DNA from: a virus
Strand: one strand, 5' to 3'
IMG/VR virus record: IMGVR_UViG_3300025133_000069
Location: 1-64,000 of that record
DNA: 64,000 nucleotides
This document shows positions 38,044 to 45,352 of this stretch, one piece after another (position 1 is the stretch's first letter; each line of letters opens with the position of its first letter). The translations under genes were made by a program, and so were the position numbers. The notes beneath the pieces are model-generated. The model had not been told where the DNA came from. It saw only the letters and a list, made by a program, of their open reading frames with translations, and did no database searches.

Positions 38044-38523
38044 ATGTTAACTTTCTTATCCTATGTTTCTGCTATAGTTTGTGCAATCTTATATTCCAAT
38101 ATAGTAGAATGGCTGGCGCATAAGCATTTTTTGCATGGCTTTGGCAAAAGCAAAAGTAGCATATGGTCTTTTCATTGGCACCAACATCATAAAAAAGCAA
38201 GAAAAAATGATTTCTATGATGAAGATTATTTAGATGGATGGGTTGGTGCACCTTTAAGAGAGAAAATTGGATTGTTTTCTTTACTGGTCCTTCATTCTCC
38301 TTTACTTTTTACAGCACCTGTATTTTATATAACTTTGGTTCTATGTTCTATTAGATACTATAGAATTCATAAATATGCTCATTTATTTCCTAGTTGGGGA
38401 AAAGTTTATTTAAGATGTCATTATGATCACCATATGGGTAAAAATCAAGATGCCAATTGGGGCGTTACAACAAGTTGGGTTGATAAATTACTTGGCACGA
38501 GAATAGAATATGTGGGAGAGTAA
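38044..38523 (+). CDS. Fatty acid hydroxylase / sterol desaturase family membrane protein
   Basis: His boxes EWLAHKHFLH, HWHQHH, IHKYAH, HYDHH and terminal NWGVT; TM helices. Confidence 0.85.
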   Translation: MLTFLSYVSAIVCAILYSNIVEWLAHKHFLHGFGKSKSSIWSFHWHQHHKKARKNDFYDEDYLDGWVGAPLREKIGLFSLLVLHSPLLFTAPVFYITLVLCSIRYYRIHKYAHLFPSWGKVYLRCHYDHHMGKNQDANWGVTTSWVDKLLGTRIEYVGE

Positions 38524-38872
38524 AAGAAGCAGATTTAAGAGGCCTGATCATGATTATTATAGTATTGCAAATAAACTGAAAGCTGAAGGCAAAATCAATG
38601 AAAAATTTGAAATTATGCTTTCATCTCTTACTTTAGAAGAAATAATAGGTCTGAGATTGGAGCTAGCTGCTAAGTCTGTTAATTATAAGCTTTATGGCTT
38701 AAATATTTGGAGTTCTGTTCCAAATATGGTACGAGATGGTATATTAAAATATGTGTATTCTGCAGCTCGTACAAAAGGAGAAATGGCTAGTTTTTTGGGT
38801 ATAGATAAAAATACACTCAAAAGATTGCTCAAGAAATATGATATTACTAATTATTTTAGTAAAGAGGGGTAA
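38510..38872 (+). CDS. Fis-type HTH DNA-binding protein
   Basis: C-terminal TKGEMASFLGIDKNTLKRLLKKY. Confidence 0.65.
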   Translation: MWESKRSRFKRPDHDYYSIANKLKAEGKINEKFEIMLSSLTLEEIIGLRLELAAKSVNYKLYGLNIWSSVPNMVRDGILKYVYSAARTKGEMASFLGIDKNTLKRLLKKYDITNYFSKEG

Positions 38873-38876
38873 TTTC

Positions 38877-39575
38877 ATGAAAATAACAAAATCACAATTA
38901 AAACAAATTATTAAAGAAGAACTGAAAAGTGTTTTAAGTGAACAATTGCCACGTCGCTCGGCTGAGCGCCGGCGACAAGACCGCGAGAAGTTTAAAAAGT
39001 GTCTTAAGACTTTCAATCCTGAAAAAGAAGGTACTAATTTTTCGTATGAAAATATAGCTTTAAATCTTAAAATGGCTTTAATCCTTAATGATCTTAGAAC
39101 ATCGACGAACAGCGGAAAATCTCTCAAAAAATGGAAAATTGATCCGTTAATAAGTTTAAATCCCGGGCATGTTGAAGAAATTAAAGAACGTTATATAGAA
39201 ATGCGTTGTCAGGATCCTGATCAGAGTCCTGCTAGAGTTCGAAGAAGGGCTGGTGCAATTGGTGGCGATAGTAGCTTTTTTAGGGACCAGAGCAGTGGCC
39301 TGGGTGCTGGCGTGCGGCGATTTCATAAGGGCCCGCTGTCGCGCGGGTCCATAACTAATATTTTTGATGGTTTTGGGGATCCCGGCGGATATTCGCCTTT
39401 GAGAGATGAGCTTAACGATCTTCTAGAAAAAACAGGTGCATGGAAAAAAATGCGCATGGATGACCCTGTACGTAAACAATATAAAAATTGGATTCAAACA
39501 AGATTAGGGCGATGTGAAAAGGGGGGTGGAAAAACCCTCCCAGATGGTAGTTGTTCGAAAGATGTAGTGCATTAA
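38877..39575 (+). CDS. Leader-A cargo protein
   Basis: True start ATG 38877 MKITKSQLKQIIKEELKSVLSE; ACTAATTA at 38846, GAGGGG RBS. Confidence 0.8.
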   Translation: MKITKSQLKQIIKEELKSVLSEQLPRRSAERRRQDREKFKKCLKTFNPEKEGTNFSYENIALNLKMALILNDLRTSTNSGKSLKKWKIDPLISLNPGHVEEIKERYIEMRCQDPDQSPARVRRRAGAIGGDSSFFRDQSSGLGAGVRRFHKGPLSRGSITNIFDGFGDPGGYSPLRDELNDLLEKTGAWKKMRMDDPVRKQYKNWIQTRLGRCEKGGGKTLPDGSCSKDVVH

Positions 39576-39591
39576 CAATGGAGGTGAACTA

Positions 39592-39954
39592 ATGAAAATC
39601 ACAAAATCACAATTAAAACAAATTATTAAAGAAGAGCTGGAAAGTGTTAAGATACACGAGCGGAAGGCGAAAGCAGGAGAGGAATACGGTGACTTCGTCG
39701 TCGTCAAAACAGTCGACGGGGGTACAGCCGCGGTCCGCAAGGATGTTTATAAATATTTTGGCCCTATTTCTACTATACTTCCGACTGACACGCTTATGAA
39801 TGCTTTAGAACAGGCTATGAAAAAAAATAATATTCCTTTAGATATCGTCGGTTCCGGGGTTGGTAGAATAGGTGCGGACTCGGGCGGCAGATTCACGTTT
39901 AAATTTAGTGTAGATCTCGAACCTGCCAAACTGCCGGCCCCAGAAGAAAAATAA
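39592..39954 (+). CDS. Leader-A cargo protein
   Basis: MKITKSQLKQIIKEELESVKIHE; GGAGGT RBS. Confidence 0.8.
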   Translation: MKITKSQLKQIIKEELESVKIHERKAKAGEEYGDFVVVKTVDGGTAAVRKDVYKYFGPISTILPTDTLMNALEQAMKKNNIPLDIVGSGVGRIGADSGGRFTFKFSVDLEPAKLPAPEEK

Positions 39955-39973
39955 ACAATACGGGGATAAACTA

Positions 39974-40228
39974 ATGAAAATCACAAAATCACAATTAAAA
40001 CAAATTATTAAAGAAGAGATGGAAAGTGTCTTAAAAGAACAAGAGGTGCTGCGAGGGGCGAGAATAACGAAGAAGAAACAAGACGGGGACTATTGGATTG
40101 TAACTGTGTGTCTAAGAGACACTTGTGCAGAAGGAAAAGCAAAAGGAGCTACTACCAGCATCGCGATCCGCGCGGCCGAGCAGAAGGCCCGGACTAATTT
40201 GTTAAAGAAACTAAAGGGAAATGACTAA
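39974..40228 (+). CDS. Leader-A small basic cargo protein
   Basis: MKITKSQLKQIIKEEMESVLKE. Confidence 0.8.
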   Translation: MKITKSQLKQIIKEEMESVLKEQEVLRGARITKKKQDGDYWIVTVCLRDTCAEGKAKGATTSIAIRAAEQKARTNLLKKLKGND

Positions 40229-40231
40229 TAC

Positions 40232-40580
40232 GGGGGTGAACTGGTATCGACTGAGTATTGAAAATATAACGTGCAAGGCTGTGATGAGTGAAGGCACAGC
40301 ATAAAACACTCAAAATTTAAACGCCAACGATAACGTTGAGTTTGATTACGCCCTAGCGGCGTAGTCATGGGGAATGACGAGAGCCTTATTAACCAAAGAC
40401 TGTTCATCGATGGTTTTCTTCGGAAAGTAGATGTAAGAGGGTTTTTCCAAGTTAGGCCCATAGGATAAACTTGGTGGTGCGCGGTGCGAGTTTGTCAGAG
40501 TTCATAAACTGACTAACCTTGTGAATGACGTTGTATTAGAAATATTCAGGACCCGGGTTCGACTCCCGGCACCTCCACCA
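40232..40580 (+). ncRNA. ssrA: tmRNA; tag reading frame 40323-40364 encodes ANDNVEFDYALAA*
   Basis: 5' GGGGGTG pairs with 3' CACCTCC-ACCA including G3-U70; T-arm CCGGG TTCGACT CCCGG; tag ends YALAA; 349 nt. Confidence 0.96.
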
Positions 40581-40593
40581 ACTATTTAATAAT

Positions 40594-41649
40594 ATGCAGA
40601 AACTATTTGAAAATTGGCGGAGATTCGTAGAAGAAGACAATAAAGCTTTAGAATCTAAAATACGCGCGGCATTAGCTGAAGAAGGCGGCGCTGCTGATAT
40701 GGAAACATTGAAAGAGTATACTGGAGCGACCGAGGAAGAAATCAAATCTGCCATGGGGGATTGGGAGGGCATAGAAGAGCATCCGGGATCGTCTGACTTT
40801 AGAAAAAATATTTTATTAGAAGGCCAACGCGAAAATCTTCCAGAATGGTTTAAAGAGTGGCTTGGGGATTTTCTAGAAAAAGATTTAGATGCACCTGGCG
40901 CGAAAGAATATTTTCGTAATAGGTCGGCACCTATGCCGCCGGCGACGGATCTTGAAGGATATCGTGGAAGAGGAGGAGGCTTCCCCGCGCGATGGGACCG
41001 ACCGCCGATTCCGCCGATCCACGCGAGTAGCACGGGCCGGCAGGCGCCGCATTTGGATCTGCAGGGCCGGCCAAAGGCGCCGGGCGAGCAGAGGTGGCGG
41101 CGATGGGCTGACCGAGCGCTCGGGCTTCCACCTCATCCTGAACCTGTCGCCGGTGCTGGCCATCGCGCAGTGCCTGCTAGCCGGCGAGAGCTTCGATCTG
41201 CGCACAACAAGAACAAAAGTAGATTAGTAAATGATATTAGAAGAGAAGCCACGATTATAGAAAAAGCTGTTCCAAGACGTCCCGGGGCCTTTAAACAATT
41301 TTTGCAAAAAGCTAGGAATATTCCATTTTTAGGTAATTTTTTCAAACTTGCACTTCTTGGGTATGTAGGTACTGATATTCTAACTAGAGCTGATAATGCG
41401 TATGCTAGCCAGGGAGTAATAGGAGTATCTAAAACTATAGCAGAAGAAAGTCTTTTATTTTTACCTAGCTATATAGAAATAAGCTTAATAGCTTCTGCGT
41501 TGGAAGAGGCATTCCCAGATATTGTGTTCCCAGGAAAATGGAAACGTGATAAATATTGGAAGTCTTCAAAATATGATGTTGAAGATTATCCCGGTGGATC
41601 AGAAGAAGAAACACCTGAAGAAGACGTGGGGCCTCTACCAGATGTATAA
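40594..41649 (+). CDS. Leader-B cargo protein with C-terminal hydrophobic segments
   Basis: MQKLFENWRRFVEE; NIPFLGNFFKLALLGYVG; ACTATTTA at 40581, directly after the tmRNA CCA. Confidence 0.8.
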   Translation: MQKLFENWRRFVEEDNKALESKIRAALAEEGGAADMETLKEYTGATEEEIKSAMGDWEGIEEHPGSSDFRKNILLEGQRENLPEWFKEWLGDFLEKDLDAPGAKEYFRNRSAPMPPATDLEGYRGRGGGFPARWDRPPIPPIHASSTGRQAPHLDLQGRPKAPGEQRWRRWADRALGLPPHPEPVAGAGHRAVPASRRELRSAHNKNKSRLVNDIRREATIIEKAVPRRPGAFKQFLQKARNIPFLGNFFKLALLGYVGTDILTRADNAYASQGVIGVSKTIAEESLLFLPSYIEISLIASALEEAFPDIVFPGKWKRDKYWKSSKYDVEDYPGGSEEETPEEDVGPLPDV

Positions 41650-41681
41650 TAGAGATAACGTGACACCAACTATTTATTAAT

Positions 41682-41834
41682 ATGAAACTTGATTTTAAAA
41701 CACTAATTACTTTACTAACTATAGCGGCTACTTTAGGTGGATTTTATTATACAACACAAGCAAGATTAGATAGTCTAGAGCAAGAAGTTACAAAATTGCA
41801 AAAACAAGTTAAAAGGGTAACTAGGAAAAAGTAA
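41682..41834 (+). CDS. 50-aa TM plus coiled-coil micro-protein MKLDFKTLITLLTIAATLGGFYY...
   Basis: Hand-translated; ACTATTTA 13 nt upstream; abuts the next ATG. Confidence 0.7.
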   Translation: MKLDFKTLITLLTIAATLGGFYYTTQARLDSLEQEVTKLQKQVKRVTRKK

Positions 41835-42152
41835 ATGAAGAATTTATTCGAAAATTGGCAAAATTATTTACAAGAAGATAGTGAAGAAAAAACGGATAAA
41901 CCAAAAGTAGTATGTAACTGTCTTTGTACTGATTGTATTTTTAATAAAAGTGAACAATGTATAACTGAAGAAATTAATCTAGATTTTGCACAAACGAAAC
42001 AAGGTAAATGGATATGTGAATGTTTGACTTATGAGGTTGATGAAGGAAAAGAAAAAGGCCCAGAAGATTCTACTGTGCGTGGAAGAGAAGAAGTAGATGA
42101 ATCTGCTTGGTCAGGTTCTGGACCGTTAAAAGAACCAATTGAAGAAATGTGA
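41835..42152 (+). CDS. Leader-B small Cys-rich (metal-binding) protein
   Basis: MKNLFENWQNYLQE; VVCNCLCTDCIFN...C...CECLTY (DUF1540-like spacing). Confidence 0.75.
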   Translation: MKNLFENWQNYLQEDSEEKTDKPKVVCNCLCTDCIFNKSEQCITEEINLDFAQTKQGKWICECLTYEVDEGKEKGPEDSTVRGREEVDESAWSGSGPLKEPIEEM

Positions 42153-42186
42153 CCAGACAATGATTCCTAGTTAAGGATATTTATTA

Positions 42187-44442
42187 ATGAAAGAAATATA
42201 TGAAAATTGGAGATTGTTTACTGAAGCAGCAGATCCTTTAAGTGACGCCGAAATTGTTAAAGCGTTTCAAAAACTAGATATTGTTGCTGATATAGATCTG
42301 CCATCGGCCGATGCGCCGGAAGAGGTCTGGGGGAGATACGGGCGCTCGGGGACCCCGGAAGCTCGCGAAGAACTTTCCCGTGTTGCCCGACGTTTTTTAG
42401 ATCAAGGAACACCAAAAATAAGAATTCTTGAACTAGCACATCGCAGTGGACTTCGTCGATGGTTATTAAAAGATCTTGCAACGGAACTTGGTGTGCCACT
42501 GGAGGCGCTTCAGACTCGTCAGTTTGCCGACGACAAGGTGATGCCCAAGAGCAAGCGCGCAAAAAGACGGCGAAGGAAGGGCCTGTCAAAAAAGGAGATG
42601 TTGCGTCTTCCTGATATAGAGGATCCTTTTTTTGATATACCAGAAGCAGAGAGAGAATACTTAGAAGTATTACATGGGGCGCCAGGTGAAGCGCCCGATG
42701 GATGGATTCGAGCGGGAAGTCCTTCACATATGACACAGGATCCTGGTCGGTTTTTGGAAACGATACGAAGGGATGTAGCAGATCTTTCTGGCGGTAGCAA
42801 TCTTTTTAATCCCGATGAAGATTACCTTTATTATAATTATAAGACTAAAAAGATTGCCATTGCTAAAGCACATCCAGAAGTTAGAGGAATAATTGTGCTA
42901 CCAGATAATATAAGATGGGATTATAATACTGGAAGATGGTCTGGTACTGTCAGTATAGAGACGTTAACAGATTGGGTGCCTGAATATATACCAAAAGAAC
43001 ACAATCCTCTTTGGACAGGCGCAGTTGATACGCGTATCAATATGCCTGAAGTTCATGAACCTAGGCCAGGTTGGGGACGTGGTCCGGAGCTGGATCACCT
43101 GGATGATCCTGGGTCGAAAAGATGGACAGAAGTCAAAGAGAGATATGTCCCTAAAGATTATGAAGTCGGAGATAGTTATGAGACGGAGGCTCAAAGAAAT
43201 GAACGTCTTATCAGAAATGAAGAACTAGGTCCAGAGCATGCAAGACTTGCACAAGACGAGCGCGCACGTGCCGAACTGCTGGCGGAGCAATCTCTAGATG
43301 ATTCCAGGCTTCGAGCCAGTTTAGATAAAAAAGAAAAAAAACTTTTTAATAAAAGCTTCAAGAAGTTTGTTAAAAAAACCAAAGATGTCGGTCAAGCTGA
43401 GAGCATGGCCCTCCAGGCTATTCGTACAAGAAGAAAGCTAATAGCTGATTTAGAAAAGATGCCATTTCTTCCAAAGAGTATGAAAACGTTGATCTCGATG
43501 GGCAAACGAACACTCCTGATTTTAGCAATTATACTCACGCTCTCAGGGGTCTGGATAGCTATAGATTGGAAGAGTTTCATGAAGTACGGTCCGCCGGGGT
43601 GGATTGCGTTTCTACTTGGAGCCGTATGGGAAGCGATAGTTGGCATAGAATGGAGCACGTGGGTACAATCAAATGGTGTTAAACCACCTGAAACTCTTGA
43701 AGAAATGAAAGCAATGTTAGATCGCGAATTGCATCCAGATCAAAAAGCAGAACTTAGAGATATAGCACTAGCAGGTATAGGCACTAGTCTCACAGTAGGT
43801 TTAGTTGATCTTGCTGATGTAACCGCTACCATACAAGTAGAAGAAGCGCTTAAGGATTTTCGATTCAAATGGTCTCTATGGAATGCACAGATTGGTAGAG
43901 AAAACAAAAAATTCATGATCCTCGATCCGAAAGATTATCATCGCAGCGAGGTGATCGCTTCTCCAACCGCTAAAGATCCACGTGGTTTTACAACACCTGA
44001 TAAAACAACAGAACTTAAATTACAATGTGCAGAACATCAAAGATTTAAAATTAGAACTTTACCTAGAGTCAAAGATATGGTACGTCTTGGAATTGTCCCT
44101 ACTCCAGAACTGATCGATCTGGCTAGTAAGGTTGGTTATCGTTATGAAGGTAGCAACGCTGATGGTTCTCCAGCTTGGAGAGGTATACCTCCGGATAGCC
44201 CGGGCGCTAAATCCTGCAAAGAATTAGCAAAGAGAGGTATACCGGTGCCTGTACCAGGTAAATGGATGGGGCCTGAAGATCCGATAAGATCTACACCTGG
44301 ACCTAGGCCAGAAGACACACGATTGCATGAAAACATTAAACATAAAGTAATTAAATTAAAAATTTTAAAAGAACGTAAAGTAGCTGAACATAAAGTAATT
44401 AAATTGAAAATTATAAAAGAACGTAAGAAATATAAGAAATAA
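42187..44442 (+). CDS. Leader-B cargo protein with TM hairpin and duplicated basic tail
   Basis: MKEIYENWRLFTEA; LLILAIILTLSGVWIAI and GWIAFLLGAVWEAIVGI; HKVIKLKI(L/I)KERK twice. Confidence 0.8.
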   Translation: MKEIYENWRLFTEAADPLSDAEIVKAFQKLDIVADIDLPSADAPEEVWGRYGRSGTPEAREELSRVARRFLDQGTPKIRILELAHRSGLRRWLLKDLATELGVPLEALQTRQFADDKVMPKSKRAKRRRRKGLSKKEMLRLPDIEDPFFDIPEAEREYLEVLHGAPGEAPDGWIRAGSPSHMTQDPGRFLETIRRDVADLSGGSNLFNPDEDYLYYNYKTKKIAIAKAHPEVRGIIVLPDNIRWDYNTGRWSGTVSIETLTDWVPEYIPKEHNPLWTGAVDTRINMPEVHEPRPGWGRGPELDHLDDPGSKRWTEVKERYVPKDYEVGDSYETEAQRNERLIRNEELGPEHARLAQDERARAELLAEQSLDDSRLRASLDKKEKKLFNKSFKKFVKKTKDVGQAESMALQAIRTRRKLIADLEKMPFLPKSMKTLISMGKRTLLILAIILTLSGVWIAIDWKSFMKYGPPGWIAFLLGAVWEAIVGIEWSTWVQSNGVKPPETLEEMKAMLDRELHPDQKAELRDIALAGIGTSLTVGLVDLADVTATIQVEEALKDFRFKWSLWNAQIGRENKKFMILDPKDYHRSEVIASPTAKDPRGFTTPDKTTELKLQCAEHQRFKIRTLPRVKDMVRLGIVPTPELIDLASKVGYRYEGSNADGSPAWRGIPPDSPGAKSCKELAKRGIPVPVPGKWMGPEDPIRSTPGPRPEDTRLHENIKHKVIKLKILKERKVAEHKVIKLKIIKERKKYKK
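44341..44426 (+). repeat. 48-nt-period duplication encoding HKVIKLKI(L/I)KERK twice
   Basis: cataaagtaattaaatt(a/g)aaaatt(t/a)taaaagaacgtaa at 44341 and 44389. Confidence 0.9.
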
Positions 44443-44524
44443 ATTTAACTATTATATATAATGTATTTATAATAGTCATTAAGCAAGTGAGCAGACTTGC
44501 TTTACTATTATAAGGAAAAGAAGA

Positions 44525-44686
44525 ATGGCAGTAAAGGAAAATTCTGAGAAAATTGAAAAACTACAAAGTAGAGTCAATAAATTAGTAGATGAAGTATTTG
44601 TACTTAATAATAATGTAGCTACTTTCAAAGTAGCAGTGGCTGAAGATATTAAGCAAGTACTTAAAGCTATTAGAGAAAAGAAATAA
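44525..44686 (+). CDS. 53-aa coiled-coil protein MAVKENSEKIEKLQSRV...
   Basis: Hand-translated; AAGGA RBS; TAATG coupling to the next gene; 5' hairpin AAGCAAGT/ACTTGCTT at 44481-44502. Confidence 0.65.
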   Translation: MAVKENSEKIEKLQSRVNKLVDEVFVLNNNVATFKVAVAEDIKQVLKAIREKK

Positions 44687-44964
44687 TGACCACTGGTAAA
44701 CTCTGGAAGAATGAATCATATCATTCCAGCTTCGAAGATGCTGATATTAAAAGAAATAAATTAATTGTAAATTGGTCTGAAGACGAAAAGCATAAAGGTA
44801 TGCAAGTCAAGGTTAAAGCTTTGTCAGAAGGTCGTTTCGTTGTAAAAACTAGGTTACATCCAGATTTCGAAGAAAAGAAGGAGAATAAGAAACGTGGGAA
44901 AAATCGCAAGAGAAATAAAAAAAATCCAGACACAAGAATGTTTGACGCTTCCTCAGGTGTTTGA
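44686..44964 (+). CDS. Basic hypothetical protein
   Basis: ORF track. Confidence 0.65.
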   Translation: MTTGKLWKNESYHSSFEDADIKRNKLIVNWSEDEKHKGMQVKVKALSEGRFVVKTRLHPDFEEKKENKKRGKNRKRNKKNPDTRMFDASSGV

Positions 44965-45064
44965 GAAGTATCCTCATTTAGCTAGTCTTCAATATGAAGA
45001 ATTAAATGAGGAATCTCAATTGAATGAAGAGTCAAATAAACAAATTCAACTTTTGTTGGATTGA
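44894..45064 (+). CDS. 56-aa hypothetical protein (GTG start) MGKIAREIKKIQTQECL...
   Basis: Hand-translated; AAGGAG RBS. Confidence 0.55.
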   Translation: MGKIAREIKKIQTQECLTLPQVFEKYPHLASLQYEELNEESQLNEESNKQIQLLLD

Positions 45065-45083
45065 TTAAGAAAGGAGGTTTTCT

Positions 45084-45167
45084 ATGGAAAGCTTAGTAGT
45101 CCTTGTTTGCGTAGGCGTCTGTGGCGCTGTCGTAGGCTGGGTATTAGCTAAAAAGAATGTTCTTTAG
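45084..45167 (+). CDS. 27-aa TM micropeptide MESLVVLVCVGVCGAVVGWVLAKKNVL
   Basis: AAGGAGGT RBS at 45071; followed by a terminator. Confidence 0.7.
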   Translation: MESLVVLVCVGVCGAVVGWVLAKKNVL

Positions 45168-45179
45168 CTAATTTTGTAT

Positions 45180-45216
45180 GACCCCCCAATGGTTAATATC
45201 TTTGGGGGGTCTTTTT
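45180..45216 (+). terminator. Rho-independent terminator
   Basis: GACCCCCCAA / TTGGGGGGTC 10-bp stem followed by a T-run. Confidence 0.85.
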
Positions 45217-45260
45217 ATTTACCTTTTAAAAAAACGAGCTTATTATTATAGTATAATTAA

Positions 45261-45336
45261 TGGCCCGTAGCTCAGAGGTTAGAGCACCATTCTTATAAAG
45301 TGGGAGTCCCGGGTTCAAGTCCCGGCGGGCCGACCA
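45261..45336 (+). tRNA. tRNA-Ile (anticodon UAU)
   Basis: Cloverleaf; anticodon stem CCATT/AGTGG, loop CT-TAT-AA (45294-45296); encoded CCA; U1-G72 wobble. Confidence 0.92.
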
Positions 45337-45352
45337 CACAAAAGGAAAAAAA

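Noticed and set aside
40225-40461. 78-aa minus-strand ORF
   Set aside because: It is antisense to the tmRNA, a shadow ORF.
5831-44442. Diversity-generating retroelement or integron as the cause of cargo variability
   Set aside because: No reverse transcriptase, integrase, adenine-specific TR/VR pair or attC-like hairpins were seen in the window.
5831-44442. Leaders as Sec/Tat signal peptides or RiPP leaders
   Set aside because: They are charged amphipathic helices with no hydrophobic core or twin-Arg, there are no RiPP maturases nearby, and the cargos are large enzymes.
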